In this document: piece by piece, positions 9,736 through 19,307 of the stretch
How the letters are laid out: every line of letters begins with the position of its first letter
How positions within the stretch are numbered: position 1 is the stretch's first letter
DNA from: an uncultured delta proteobacterium
Lineage (GTDB): Bacteria; Desulfobacterota; BSN033; UBA1163
Length of the DNA stretch: 64,000 nt
Assembly (NCBI GenBank): GCA_963827685.1
Contig: CAWHBU010000003.1
Location: 896,001 to 960,000, forward strand
Direction of reading: 5' to 3'
Notes under the pieces: generated by a model
Seen by the model: only the letters and a program-made list of their open reading frames with translations
What the model was told of the DNA's origin: nothing
Database searches by the model: none
Program-made: the position numbers and the translations under genes

Positions 9736-10866
9736 CTATCGCATACTTTTTAAAGTTGTCTCCTGTTGATAAAGTTGCCATTCAAATAGCTCCAAAAGCC
9801 AAATTGTGCTCTGGCTTAAGAATCCGTCGATTAATAGCCAATATCTCGATTCTTGTAACGCAGCAACGCTATGTGGGTCGTAACGGACCAAAGAACTAAG
9901 CCAGAAAATCAAAGAATAAAGGATGGAGATTTGAGGAAGTCGCAACGGAAATTGCGTTTGGACTGGTATTTTGTAGACAAGCTTACCATCTTCCATGTGA
10001 GGAAATAGATTCATTGCTTTTATCTCATTTTCGATAAATCTAAAAAGCCCCTCTCTCTTCTTCTTGGGTATTTTCTTCGGCTTTTGGAGTTCAAAAGTCA
10101 ATAAATTATCTTTATATGATTGAACCTGAATATACTTACTGTCCCTATATGTAATTATCTCAAGGAACTTTTGACGAGTTAATTTTAAGTCCTTTAAATC
10201 ATCTCGACTGACTGAGAAGCGCATCCAGTAATCATTACTGGCCGGGGCAACAAAAGTATCTATCTTTTTGAGGGAGACTAACCTGATTGGTTCGTTATAA
10301 GTTCTTTCATATTCCGTACCCGTATCAGCTGAATAAGCAAACAGGTCCTTTATTTTTAGCTTCGTAGGATTTCGGATAGTAACTGGGTTTCCAATGACTG
10401 CTTCATATAATTCGTGCCATACGCCTCTGGTCGTGAGGCTCACGAATTCTTTTTCCATATTTACTAAATAGTCCATATTTGGTGTCCAGCTTATTCCGTG
10501 TCGATAATTCTCATTTGTCTGGTGAAAATTTGGCTTCTTAATTTCACAGACAGCCTTTGCAAGGTTGAGAAAGGCGTAATAATAGAAAAGAGGTGCTGTA
10601 TTTGGTTTAGCGACACGGGCAGCTTGGTAGAATTCATTTGCTTGGGTCAAATATACTTTCAAATTGTTTGCAATGGCCAAACGCGCACTCCTTTTTTTTA
10701 TTCCATAATAATTAAATAAAACCATATCCGCTACTTCCTTAGCGCATAGATGACTAATAGATGACCATACTATCTTCTCAGGATCTCCGATGGTTTGTTC
10801 TTGGATTTGCCATGGCAAGAAGGAAAATCCAGAGGATTCTCCAATTCGGGGTTTGGGAAGCACCAT
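9736..10866 (-). CDS. YaaC-like family protein
   Basis: PLFYYYAFLNLAKA, HG, LSSLVRYDP motifs; AT-rich relative to flanks. Confidence 0.7.
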   Translation of the reverse strand: MVLPKPRIGESSGFSFLPWQIQEQTIGDPEKIVWSSISHLCAKEVADMVLFNYYGIKKRSARLAIANNLKVYLTQANEFYQAARVAKPNTAPLFYYYAFLNLAKAVCEIKKPNFHQTNENYRHGISWTPNMDYLVNMEKEFVSLTTRGVWHELYEAVIGNPVTIRNPTKLKIKDLFAYSADTGTEYERTYNEPIRLVSLKKIDTFVAPASNDYWMRFSVSRDDLKDLKLTRQKFLEIITYRDSKYIQVQSYKDNLLTFELQKPKKIPKKKREGLFRFIENEIKAMNLFPHMEDGKLVYKIPVQTQFPLRLPQISILYSLIFWLSSLVRYDPHSVAALQESRYWLLIDGFLSQSTIWLLELFEWQLYQQETTLKSMR

Positions 10867-10974
10867 TTTATTGACCTACTATATCTTTTAGTTTGGGTAA
10901 CAAAGCCTTACCATTTGAAATCTATAACTTTGGAGAGCTTCTGTCAACCAACGATTTCAGGAAGGAGTCTTCAT

Positions 10975-11023
10975 TTTCCCAAATCCCACCAATCAAAAAA
11001 ACCATGTTGAGGCTTTCACCTAC
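10975..11023. repeat. About 50-bp dispersed repeat; second copy at 19511-19558 is the IS110 insertion site
   Basis: ccaaatcccaccaatcaaaaaaaccatgttgaggctttcacct versus ccaaatcccgccgatcaaaaaagccatgttaaggctttcacct. Confidence 0.8.
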
Positions 11024-11148
11024 CTCGGTCCAAGGAAATTCAGGAGATTGGCGATTATTGACAGAAATATTCATAAATAAAAAAACAAGGCGAAGCAGAC
11101 TGTAAATGGCAGCCTACCTCGCCCTGCAAGATTAGAGTCTTGCCTTTC

Positions 11149-12213
11149 TTAAACTGTAAACAGGTATCTCGTTCCAACAGTGTTTAGGATAAACTGGCCT
11201 GGCATTTCCCTATCAAAGACGGTAATTGCTTCATATCCCGTACAGTGTGTAGGAACAATATAGTCTGGATTGACAGCCTTAATATCTGCTACTGTCCTCT
11301 GGATAAGCTCTGGTTTAGCTCCAGTCAAATGGAATCCACCCATGACTGCATGAACCTTATCAATACCTGTCATTTTTTGGGCATGCTTCACGATATTGAC
11401 AATCCCAACGTGTGCACAGCCTACGAGGACGATTAATCCTTTTCCTTTCAGATTCAGAACTACCGCATACTCCCCTATGAAATTGTCTGGCACTAATTTC
11501 CCTCCTCTTTCGATTAAAAGATAAGGAGAACCTTTTTCATACTCCGTCACTCTTTCTACGCTCCCTGTCAAATAAGCTCCAGGAACTATTGGGGTTGGGT
11601 CTTTGATTTCCACAATGTTAACAAAACCCAAGCGTTCAACATTTTCTCTTTTTAATTGTCCCAGGCTGACAACTCCAGCTGGAAATTGACCAAATCTTTC
11701 AACAAAACCCTCCTCTCCCATGTATAGAGGGATTCCCTTGCGGAATTCTTCTTTTTTCGATTTTAGGATTTCAAGGAATGTCCCCCAATGGTCAAAGTGC
11801 CCGTGACTCAATCCAAGAGCTTCTACTGTCCTGAAGTCAATATTTAATAGCTCCATATTCCTGCTGACCCCTTGAAAATCTACACCGTAATCAAACAGGA
11901 AGGAATGGGGATTGCCACTTAACACCGTTTCAATGTGATAGGACAAACCATGTTCGGCATGCAGATTTAATTTATAAATATCAGTCCCAGGCTTGATCCC
12001 GATTCCATATCTTCTGGCAATTTTATAATGCTGTTTGAGTGCATCATAGTAATTGTCCGTGATGACTGTAACCGTAGCTTTCTCCACCTCTGGAATCTTG
12101 ACTGCCCCATAAGCCAAATTCATTCCCCCTTTGACCATATCACCTGCTAAGACCAGAGCACCTGTGGCTAAAGAGGCCTTTACGAATTCTCTTCGATTCA
12201 TCTTCTTTTCCAT
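11149..12213 (-). CDS. Tat-exported MBL-fold metallo-hydrolase
   Basis: NRREFVK twin-arginine signal, AEHGLS, SHGHFDH, GCAH, GGFH, HCTG. Confidence 0.9.
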   Translation of the reverse strand: MEKKMNRREFVKASLATGALVLAGDMVKGGMNLAYGAVKIPEVEKATVTVITDNYYDALKQHYKIARRYGIGIKPGTDIYKLNLHAEHGLSYHIETVLSGNPHSFLFDYGVDFQGVSRNMELLNIDFRTVEALGLSHGHFDHWGTFLEILKSKKEEFRKGIPLYMGEEGFVERFGQFPAGVVSLGQLKRENVERLGFVNIVEIKDPTPIVPGAYLTGSVERVTEYEKGSPYLLIERGGKLVPDNFIGEYAVVLNLKGKGLIVLVGCAHVGIVNIVKHAQKMTGIDKVHAVMGGFHLTGAKPELIQRTVADIKAVNPDYIVPTHCTGYEAITVFDREMPGQFILNTVGTRYLFTV

Positions 12214-12504
12214 AATTATTACCTCCTTGTTGTGTATTTGCTGAGATTCTCCTAAGCAAAATTAGAATATCAAAAGTGACCTTCTTGTCAATACCTAAAA
12301 TGAGATTGTGAAAATTATCTTTTTGAGGATTACCCTTTGAAAGGTTGTATAGAGGGGTAATTTCGAGGATTCACGATAACAGGAAGGAATCGTCGGAGCT
12401 TCTACGTGGGGAAACCCTTCAATGGGTGAGCTCTTGGCTAAAGCGGGGTTCTAATGAAACGGAGAAGGTAATTGCACCAAGAAGAGGACACACACTTAAG
12501 CTGA

Positions 12505-12620
12505 GGAAAACGAGCAGGCATAAGGTTTAAGGTCTGCTCGTTTTCAACTTAAATTGTCCTGAACGAAAGTTAATCTAAGAGAGCTGTCAATTGAACCCTC
12601 GACCTACTGATTACGAAACC
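12505..12620 (-). repeat. Degenerate 3' half of tRNA-Thr(CGT) plus downstream terminator-like hairpin (att-like scar), copy 1
   Basis: Minus strand TTCGTAATCAGTAGGTCGAGGGTTCAA (anticodon loop to T-loop); hairpin AAAACGAGCAGGC...GTCTGCTCGTTTT. Confidence 0.65.
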
Positions 12621-12660
12621 TGAAAAATGATATTTATTGCATCTGGTGTATTTTACTTAC

Positions 12661-12822
12661 TTATGGCTTATTAGGGTCTTTCTCTGTCTTGATTACTCTT
12701 TGTTCATAAGGTTCAGACATAAGCCGCTTCCAATCATCAAGTGGTCTGTCACCTTTGCCACTCTCAGGATGCCATTCCTTAACCCGTCTTGGCTTAGATT
12801 TACTGTTTGTCTTAATTGCCAT
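12661..12822 (-). CDS. Small hypothetical protein
   Basis: MAIKT...PNKP, 53 aa, GAGG upstream. Confidence 0.35.
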   Translation of the reverse strand: MAIKTNSKSKPRRVKEWHPESGKGDRPLDDWKRLMSEPYEQRVIKTEKDPNKP

Positions 12823-12912
12823 TTGTCTTTGCCTCTTTTTGAATTTTAACATACTTCGTCAGTTTGTACCAGACCCTATTAGGCCTTTCCCCTTTATCTG
12901 AGACCTCAAACT

Positions 12913-13026
12913 CAGCGTCGTTCGATCATTCGCCTGGTATCGGATTCGATAAGAAATCCCTTTTTTCTCTTCCAGGATAGGGGGCTCTTGATAAATATCG
13001 AAGAGGGTAACTGCTCCAAAAAGAGG
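12913..13026 (-). pseudogene. pheT: Fragment of pheT C-terminal anticodon-binding (FDX-ACB) domain
   Basis: VTLFDIYQ...KKGISYRIRYQANDRT matches the PheT C-terminal signature; no upstream pheT. Confidence 0.7.
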
Positions 13027-13289
13027 ACACACACTTAAGATTGATGTTAGCGGTAGGCTTTTTTTCCCCTTGTGCAAAGGCTCTAAAAATGCACAATCTG
13101 TGATGCCTGCATAGAATTATGCCAATATGCCTAAGACTTGGAATAAGGCCATTTTTTAAATCTTAGGAGCACTTTTTCCATCAATTTACTAACCAACATC
13201 TTACAACTTCTTAACATTGCACGAGTTTTTAAACACTCTGATTCCAAGCCCGATAAGCCTACTTGTAGTTCACGTGATGGAACAGTAAT

Positions 13290-13305
13290 TGGCATAATGT
13301 TTGCT
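13290..13305 (+). promoter_or_regulatory. Sigma54 promoter
   Basis: TGGCAT-AATGT-TTGCT, near-consensus -24/-12. Confidence 0.7.
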
Positions 13306-13330
13306 CTTAACCACCTTAGAGGAAAGTAAA

Positions 13331-13462
13331 ATGACCGTAAAAAAAGGAGACAAGATGAAAAAGAGTAGAAAGAAGCAGGCAAAGAAGGCGAAAGATCCGA
13401 AGAAAGTAGCGGCGGCAAAGAAAGGGTGGAAGACCATTAGAACGAAAGCGAAGAAACGGTAA
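13331..13462 (+). CDS. Very basic mini-protein (43 aa, or 35 aa from ATG 13355), not in the ORF track
   Basis: MTVKKGDKMKKSRKKQAKKAKDPKKVAAAKKGWKTIRTKAKKR; AAGGAGA RBS before 13355; sigma54 promoter upstream. Confidence 0.6.
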   Translation: MTVKKGDKMKKSRKKQAKKAKDPKKVAAAKKGWKTIRTKAKKR

Positions 13463-13504
13463 GAACTTTTTGTTCTCCGAAACAATGCTTCCGAGGGTTG
13501 AGAA

Positions 13505-13612
13505 GGAAACGAGCAGGCACAAAGTTTAAGGTCTGCTCGTTTTACTCAAATTTTCCTAAACGAAACTTAATCCTAAAGAGATAGTGGATTGACTCCTCGA
13601 CCTAACGAGTAC
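13505..13612 (-). repeat. Second, more degenerate copy of the tRNA-Thr fragment plus hairpin
   Basis: AAACGAGCAGGC...GTCTGCTCGTTTT and ttgactcctcgacctaacgagtac align with 12505-12620. Confidence 0.65.
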
Positions 13613-13675
13613 ACTTACTTATCTTCAGTCCAAGATGAGTGATAGATTCAACGATTACGGGTAGAAATGCGCACA

Positions 13676-13708
13676 AAAAAGGCAGGACCATTTCTGACCC
13701 TGCCTTTA
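13676..13708. terminator. Intrinsic terminator downstream of the OYE gene
   Basis: AAAAAAGGCAGG...CCTGCCTTT stem; U-tract on the minus strand. Confidence 0.6.
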
Positions 13709-13873
13709 ATATCTATCTCGCTAATTCGATTTACCCCTGCTCATGGTGGTTCTGGGTCTCTATCTGCCCGCCAATTCTGAAGAACAAACTTGACATGATA
13801 CGATCTCTGCGAGAACTCCCCTTGCGGGTAAAACGACGGGCAGGAAGATCTCCAGGGATGCTCAGGGCGACTA

Positions 13874-15115
13874 CTATTGCATCTTGGCCCGACACGCCAA
13901 AGCAGTGCCTACCGGCAGGCAGGCGTTGCAGGATATACATTCCGCCTTGTCTGGTCCCTCTCCGGATCGCCAAAGGATGGGGAGATCCGGCTGGCGGATA
14001 AGGGGCCTGGACATTGAGACGAAATCCGCCGCCTTTGAAGTCAACACTTCTTCGATTTTACTAAATGACCTGAGCCCACCCACCAGGATGACCGTAGCGT
14101 TCGTCTTTTCTTTGAGCGCCTTGCCCCCCTGTAGGAAGTAGGCTTCTTGATCCTGAGCCTTGATGCCAGTCCGCGACTCGGGAACCATCACAGGAAGCCA
14201 GCCCAGCTCCTCCTTCTTCCGGGTCACTGCCTCCCACATGCCTCCGCTGGTCTCAATAGCGGCGAACCCAACCTCTGAGAGCATTTTCCCCACCCGGACC
14301 GCTTCATTGAGGTCTACACCTCCAGGAAGGAAGTCTGTGGTGTTTATTTTGATCAAGATGGGAAAACGATCACCGACCTTCCTTCTGGCGCGTTGATAGA
14401 TATCTTTAATAATCCTGGTCCGATTCTCAGTCGAACCTCCGTATTGATCCTCACGTTGATTGGTCCGTGGCGACAAAAAAGTGCTTAAAAGATAGCCGTG
14501 AGCAGCATGTAATTGAACCCCGTCAAAACCAGCCTCTTGTGCCCGCCGTACGCCCTCGGCAAAGGCCTCGATGATTTCGTTTATTTCGTCCAGGGTCAAC
14601 GCCCTTGGCGTCCGACCAAAGGTAGCATCGTAGACCGCGGATGGCGCGGTTGGCTCCACCACAGGGGGCGCTTCTCTCGGAGGTGCCATGACCTCAGGGT
14701 GCTTTTGAATATAAGCCAAAAAGGCTGGCGGGAGTACCGGCATTAATTTGGCAGCGTCTTCTCGATGAATGACCTGCCTTCCAGGATGGACCAATTGCAG
14801 CATCACCCTGCAGTCCGGAGCAGCTTCGTGCACTGCCTGTGGGATCTTTCGAAGACTCGCGATGAAATCGTCGTTATCCGCCCGTATGCTGAGATCGGGT
14901 GCCAGCGCCTTGGAGTATACGCCCGCGTAGCCGGTGATTATGAGACCCACACCCCCTTTGGCCAAAGTACCGTAAAGGTCAACCAAAAAGTCCGATACCT
15001 CACCTTTACTTGTGGCTGCGCTCTCGTAGGTGGCCGAACGAACTAAACGATTTTTGATTTCGAGCTGTCCAATGCGTGCCGGAGTGAAGACAATCGAGTC
15101 CTTTCTGATAACCAT
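13874..15115 (-). CDS. NADH:flavin oxidoreductase (Old Yellow Enzyme family)
   Basis: KNRLVRSAT, GFDGVQLHAAHGYL, NQREDQYGGS, RPLIRQP, C-terminal CISCNAC. Confidence 0.93.
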   Translation of the reverse strand: MVIRKDSIVFTPARIGQLEIKNRLVRSATYESAATSKGEVSDFLVDLYGTLAKGGVGLIITGYAGVYSKALAPDLSIRADNDDFIASLRKIPQAVHEAAPDCRVMLQLVHPGRQVIHREDAAKLMPVLPPAFLAYIQKHPEVMAPPREAPPVVEPTAPSAVYDATFGRTPRALTLDEINEIIEAFAEGVRRAQEAGFDGVQLHAAHGYLLSTFLSPRTNQREDQYGGSTENRTRIIKDIYQRARRKVGDRFPILIKINTTDFLPGGVDLNEAVRVGKMLSEVGFAAIETSGGMWEAVTRKKEELGWLPVMVPESRTGIKAQDQEAYFLQGGKALKEKTNATVILVGGLRSFSKIEEVLTSKAADFVSMSRPLIRQPDLPILWRSGEGPDKAECISCNACLPVGTALACRAKMQ

Positions 15116-15132
15116 ATCCCCTCCTTGGATTT

Positions 15133-15432
15133 TTAACCCATTCCAATTGCTTTAAGAGCTTCCTTAGCTTCAAGCCATATGTTTAAAGAATAGGTGAGGC
15201 CAGGCACCCCATAATATTTTGTGTAACGGGCAGTGAGAACCTCCATCGCCGCTGAAACTTTGGATTTGTCGAACTCATAAATAACAATGGATTTAATTCC
15301 CGCCCCTACTTCGCTGCTGACATAAGGTCCTTTCATGGTTATGTATGCAGGTAGAGGGGGTTGCTCAATAAAACGCTTAGCGTGTTCTTTTACACTTTCC
15401 GGGGGATACGACAAAATACCTATGATAACCAT
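15133..15432 (-). CDS. Small hypothetical protein
   Basis: 99 aa from ATG after AGGAGG; co-oriented with the OYE gene. Confidence 0.75.
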   Translation of the reverse strand: MVIIGILSYPPESVKEHAKRFIEQPPLPAYITMKGPYVSSEVGAGIKSIVIYEFDKSKVSAAMEVLTARYTKYYGVPGLTYSLNIWLEAKEALKAIGMG

Positions 15433-15777
15433 TTTTAACCTCCTTTTCTGTGGCAAAGAAATAGATGAGTTCATTTAATCGGACTAAAATCCCGAACATC
15501 AAAAAAGTATGCCCCCAAGAAGTCATAGCAACCCCTTAGAGGCTTCATATGGGCATCTTGTGATAACCCCATTTCATACGGCACCCAAGAAGGTTAGAGG
15601 TTAAGTTGTAAGGTTAATTAGGGACAGGTGGGAAATACTATAAATACACCATACTCTCATCTGCATGGAAAATCAAGGGAAAAATTCCATCCATAATTTA
15701 CCCCATATTGCTGATTTTCGTTTGAAATGTTGCATAGAAGGGCAGAAATCGAAAAACAAGATTACAGTCAACTATTT

Positions 15778-16969
15778 TTATATAGCCTCCTTTACATTGA
15801 AACATGTTCGCTGAGAAAGCATTGCAAAGATCACTCGAATGAGTTTATGAGCTACAGCAAATAAGGCTTTTTGAGGGGGGAGTCCTTCCTTCCTTCTTTC
15901 TCCTCAGGAAATAGGCTTTAAAGAAAACATTTTGAGACACCACAGAGGTCGTCATAAGATAAATCGCTCTTCTTAAATGCCGATTGCCTCGTTTCGACAG
16001 TTTGCTGGCACCCAGAAATTTCCCTGACTGATGAATCGAAGGATCCAATCCCGCAAAGGCAATCAGCTTCTTAGAAGAAGTAAAATTCTTCACCTCCCCC
16101 ACTTCCGCAAGAAAAGGGACAGCGGTATTTGGACCTACTCCCTTGATCGATTGGAGGATCTTCAAATCTTCTACTCTCGTCGCTTTGCATAAGTCGGTCA
16201 GAAGTTTAGTCAATCCCTCCATCCGCTCTTGAAGATGTAACAAGGTGGCAATCTTCCCTTGAACAATGACCTCTTTTGCTGGACTCGCCACGGCCACGGA
16301 ACTCTGGGCCGCCTTAACGATATCCTCCGCCGTAAACGTCAGTTTGTCCCCCACATAGGGCCCCCTCAACGCCTTTGCGATCGCCTTCCGTTTCGCCCCT
16401 CTCACCAAACGAGCCGATGGATACTGCTGCAAAAAACGAAGCATCACACCTGTATAGAGATTCCCGATGGATTCAAGCTCCGGAAAGATCGTTCTCAGTA
16501 CCCTCTTGATCTCTACCTTGGTCGCTGAAATGAGATGACAGAGTGACTCCCTTTCTCGGGACAGATCCCTCAGATCCTGATGATCTTGGGAAATAGAGAA
16601 TTGCGAAATCTCTTCATGGTGATCCAAAAGAAATCTCGCGATCGTCAGAGCGTCCTTTTTATCCGTCTTCGTTTTCCTCAGGGAAAGCTTCGCAAAATTG
16701 GAAATCAACAGAGGATTCACCACGACCGTACGGATTCCTTGGGAACTAAGAAACGAGAAAAGATTGATATGATAGCACCCGGTAGACTCCATGGCCACGA
16801 TCATCTGATCCAGTCTCTCACCATGAGAAGAAAGGGCCTTCAGGAACTCTGAAAACCCATGGGAGTTCATTTCATAAGTCCCCGAGAAATGCCCTTTGCC
16901 CTCCTCATCCAGGCCAGCTGCAGAGAAGAAATCCTTTGAAACATCCGCTCCAACCAAAAGCTTATACAT
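15778..16969 (-). pseudogene. IS110 DEDD recombinase with a C-terminal frameshift
   Basis: GADVSKD, MESTG, KTDKKDA, HQSG. Extra 4-nt unit in AAGGAAGGAAGG near 15885 shifts off the tail LPPQKALFAVAHKLIRVIFAML. Confidence 0.85.
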
Positions 16970-16984
16970 CTTTCTCCCTCCTTT

Positions 16985-17145
16985 CCTGAATCGGCAGGAC
17001 AATGCCTCCCAACCAAACCTCCACCGTGACCAGGGTTCACAGACCCAATCAACCTATTAGGGTTAAGGGAGGCAGGGAACACACTGTACTAAGGGTTCTC
17101 AGACCCAGGAAGTAGTTCGTTCTCCTGCCTTTCCAATCTCTGATT
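16985..17145 (-). ncRNA. Putative bridge RNA of IS110 element 1 (ends approximate)
   Basis: Two loops, each split by a GGGTC-Nx-GAACCC hairpin; target guides ACTTCCT and TACAG match the flanks. Confidence 0.75.
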
Positions 17146-17267
17146 CTTCTATAACACAATTGTTAGTAGGAGGAAGTTATCTTCAGAAAGAAGGATGAGG
17201 ATTTTATCTTCAATTCAGGCTGACCTGCGTTTATGGGTAGGCCGAAGACCAAAGATGGGAAGAAATC

Positions 17268-19307
17268 TTATCTCCTTCTAATCTTCATTGCAGAAAGGTA
17301 TACGGCTACTCCCACAATAAGAAATAAACCAACTACCATTCCAAAGGCTATCCCTGTCAAATAGGTGCCCCTGGATAGGAGCGCAATAGGATTCCAGCTC
17401 GGTTCTCTGATAATTCGACCAAGTTTCCCGCTATATTTTTCAGGAATGTCGGGAATCCCATCGCCTTTCTTGCCCGGAAAGCTCTTCACATACTCCATGA
17501 GGCAAACCCACTCCTTGAGTTCCTGAATTCCAGGTTTTTCCTTATCTCTATCCACCCTTAACGGGAGCAGAAGATCAAAGGGATTGCCCTTTAAAAATTT
17601 TGTGGCGATTGCGTTTCCATTTCGATCCTTCGGGACAATTTCAAGAATACCATAGGTAAAACGACCCACAAATTTGAGAAAGGTCGCGTTATAGAGGTTG
17701 GCTGCAACTCTATAAAGGGTCTTATTCGATTCCGAATAATCGAGAGGTTCATATCCTTCCTCCTCACTTCCCATCAAGATATCCGTTACCCTGTCAAAGA
17801 TCACCCGATTAGGGTTGTATTTGAATCTTAATCCTGAAACCTGGAGAAAGTAGTTGCTCCCTTTTTTGGGATAGATGCTCGTCGACACCTCGAGGATCTT
17901 CTTAATCTCGTGAGCGTAGAGGTAACAAGTGATAAGAGGATATCCCATGGTATCCTCCCCTCTGCTGATCCCGAGCGGGATGGTGCGAAAGAGATCGCAC
18001 ACGGCTATTCTCCCTGTCTTCCCCTTGAGAAGATCATCACGGATCACTCCGTTTGATTCAATGGCAGCCACCACCTTGGTTACAGGATCCTTCTGGTCAT
18101 AATCCAATCGATTAATCGCCCATCGCATAGCATCCGTGATGAGGTTTCCTAAATTGCATTCCTCCTCCAGAAGTCGCAAGTCAAATTGTGTTTTTCCGAT
18201 TACCTCGTAGAAGCTCACATGAAGATCCTTGAGAAACTTCTCATTCACGATCCCAATGTAGGATTCGATTCTCTTTTGAATCTTCTCATCCCCGAGAATG
18301 GTATCATCGATATCCACCAGCCTATATCCTTTCAACTTTACCTTACCCTTTTCATAGGCGATATCAAGGACACCCACATGTTCCCCAAAGGCACCCGCTT
18401 GAACAATCATCGTTTCATTCACGATCAGAGGGGTTTTCAGTTTTGTATGGGTATGGCCGCTTACAATAATATCAATGCCTGGCACCTCCCTCGCCAATCG
18501 ATCATCTTCGGAGAGAGACTTTTTTTGTTGAATACCGCTGTGCGACAGACAGATGACCATATCGACCTTTTCCTTCTCTCTCAGTGTCTTGACCATTTCA
18601 CGAGAAGTGTCGATGGGATCCCTGAATTTGACAGGGGCTGCAAAGGGCGAGACCTCCGCCGCCTCTTTTCCCAATATCCCGTAAATCCCGATCCTGATTC
18701 CCTGCATTTCCTTGATGATATAAGGTTTTACGAGACCCAGGTTGAATATCTCTTCAAGCGTATCATCTTCACGGTTCTGTTTATCGAAAATGACATTCGA
18801 AAAAACAATCTCTGGCATTCCCCCTTTCTGATGAGCCGAAGTGAGCATTTTCGCCAACCCCGAAGGCATGAGATCAAATTCATGGTTCCCCAGAGTCACC
18901 ACGTCATATCCCATCTCTTTCAACAATCGCAGCTCCAGCCCTTCCTCGCGAGCCACCATATGGAAGAGCGAACCCATAAGGAAGTCGCCGGCGTCTAAGA
19001 CAAGAGTTGGATTCGTTCTCTTGGCCTTCTCCGATCTTATCGTTGCCGCTATCCGGGCCCAGCCACCTACCGTTGCGTCATCATGGGTTTTTAAAGGAGT
19101 GTAGTCAATGTTCGGTGCAAAGCCGAGAAGATGGGAATGAAGATCATTGGTATGTAGGATGGTGAGGAGCCTTTCCTCCCCAAGAACCCGTATAGGATTG
19201 AGAATGGTACCAATCACCAATATCCAAAGAAATGCCCTCATTCCTTTCAACTCCATCGAGGTGAGGAGAGAACAAAATCCCTTTGGCCGCCATGACATGG
19301 TTGTCAA
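17268..19307 (-). CDS. 5'-nucleotidase / UDP-sugar hydrolase family metallophosphoesterase; true start probably near 19241
   Basis: HTNDLHS, DAGD, GNHEFD, LSHSG, SGHTH, signal peptide and C-terminal TM anchor. Confidence 0.9.
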   Translation of the reverse strand: MTTMSWRPKGFCSLLTSMELKGMRAFLWILVIGTILNPIRVLGEERLLTILHTNDLHSHLLGFAPNIDYTPLKTHDDATVGGWARIAATIRSEKAKRTNPTLVLDAGDFLMGSLFHMVAREEGLELRLLKEMGYDVVTLGNHEFDLMPSGLAKMLTSAHQKGGMPEIVFSNVIFDKQNREDDTLEEIFNLGLVKPYIIKEMQGIRIGIYGILGKEAAEVSPFAAPVKFRDPIDTSREMVKTLREKEKVDMVICLSHSGIQQKKSLSEDDRLAREVPGIDIIVSGHTHTKLKTPLIVNETMIVQAGAFGEHVGVLDIAYEKGKVKLKGYRLVDIDDTILGDEKIQKRIESYIGIVNEKFLKDLHVSFYEVIGKTQFDLRLLEEECNLGNLITDAMRWAINRLDYDQKDPVTKVVAAIESNGVIRDDLLKGKTGRIAVCDLFRTIPLGISRGEDTMGYPLITCYLYAHEIKKILEVSTSIYPKKGSNYFLQVSGLRFKYNPNRVIFDRVTDILMGSEEEGYEPLDYSESNKTLYRVAANLYNATFLKFVGRFTYGILEIVPKDRNGNAIATKFLKGNPFDLLLPLRVDRDKEKPGIQELKEWVCLMEYVKSFPGKKGDGIPDIPEKYSGKLGRIIREPSWNPIALLSRGTYLTGIAFGMVVGLFLIVGVAVYLSAMKIRRR

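Larger units (their letters stand above)
15766..17172 (-). mobile_element. IS110-family element 1, CT core at both ends
   Basis: Element orientation: left end CT-cctactaacaattgtgttata, right end atagttga-CT; both ends shared with element 2. Confidence 0.9.

Noticed and set aside
12581-12617. Functional tRNA-Thr gene
   Set aside because: The 5' half (acceptor 5' strand and D-arm) is absent and the T-stem 3' side is deleted; kept only as a scar.
13109-13126. Second, divergent sigma54 promoter (TGGCATAATTCTATGC)
   Set aside because: GG-to-GC spacing is one base too long for sigma54.
18186-18998. Long antisense ORFs (for example 18186-18998, 58806-59522, 49952-50542, 35494-36087 alternate frame)
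   Set aside because: They overlap well-supported genes and have no motifs or RBS; treated as shadow ORFs.
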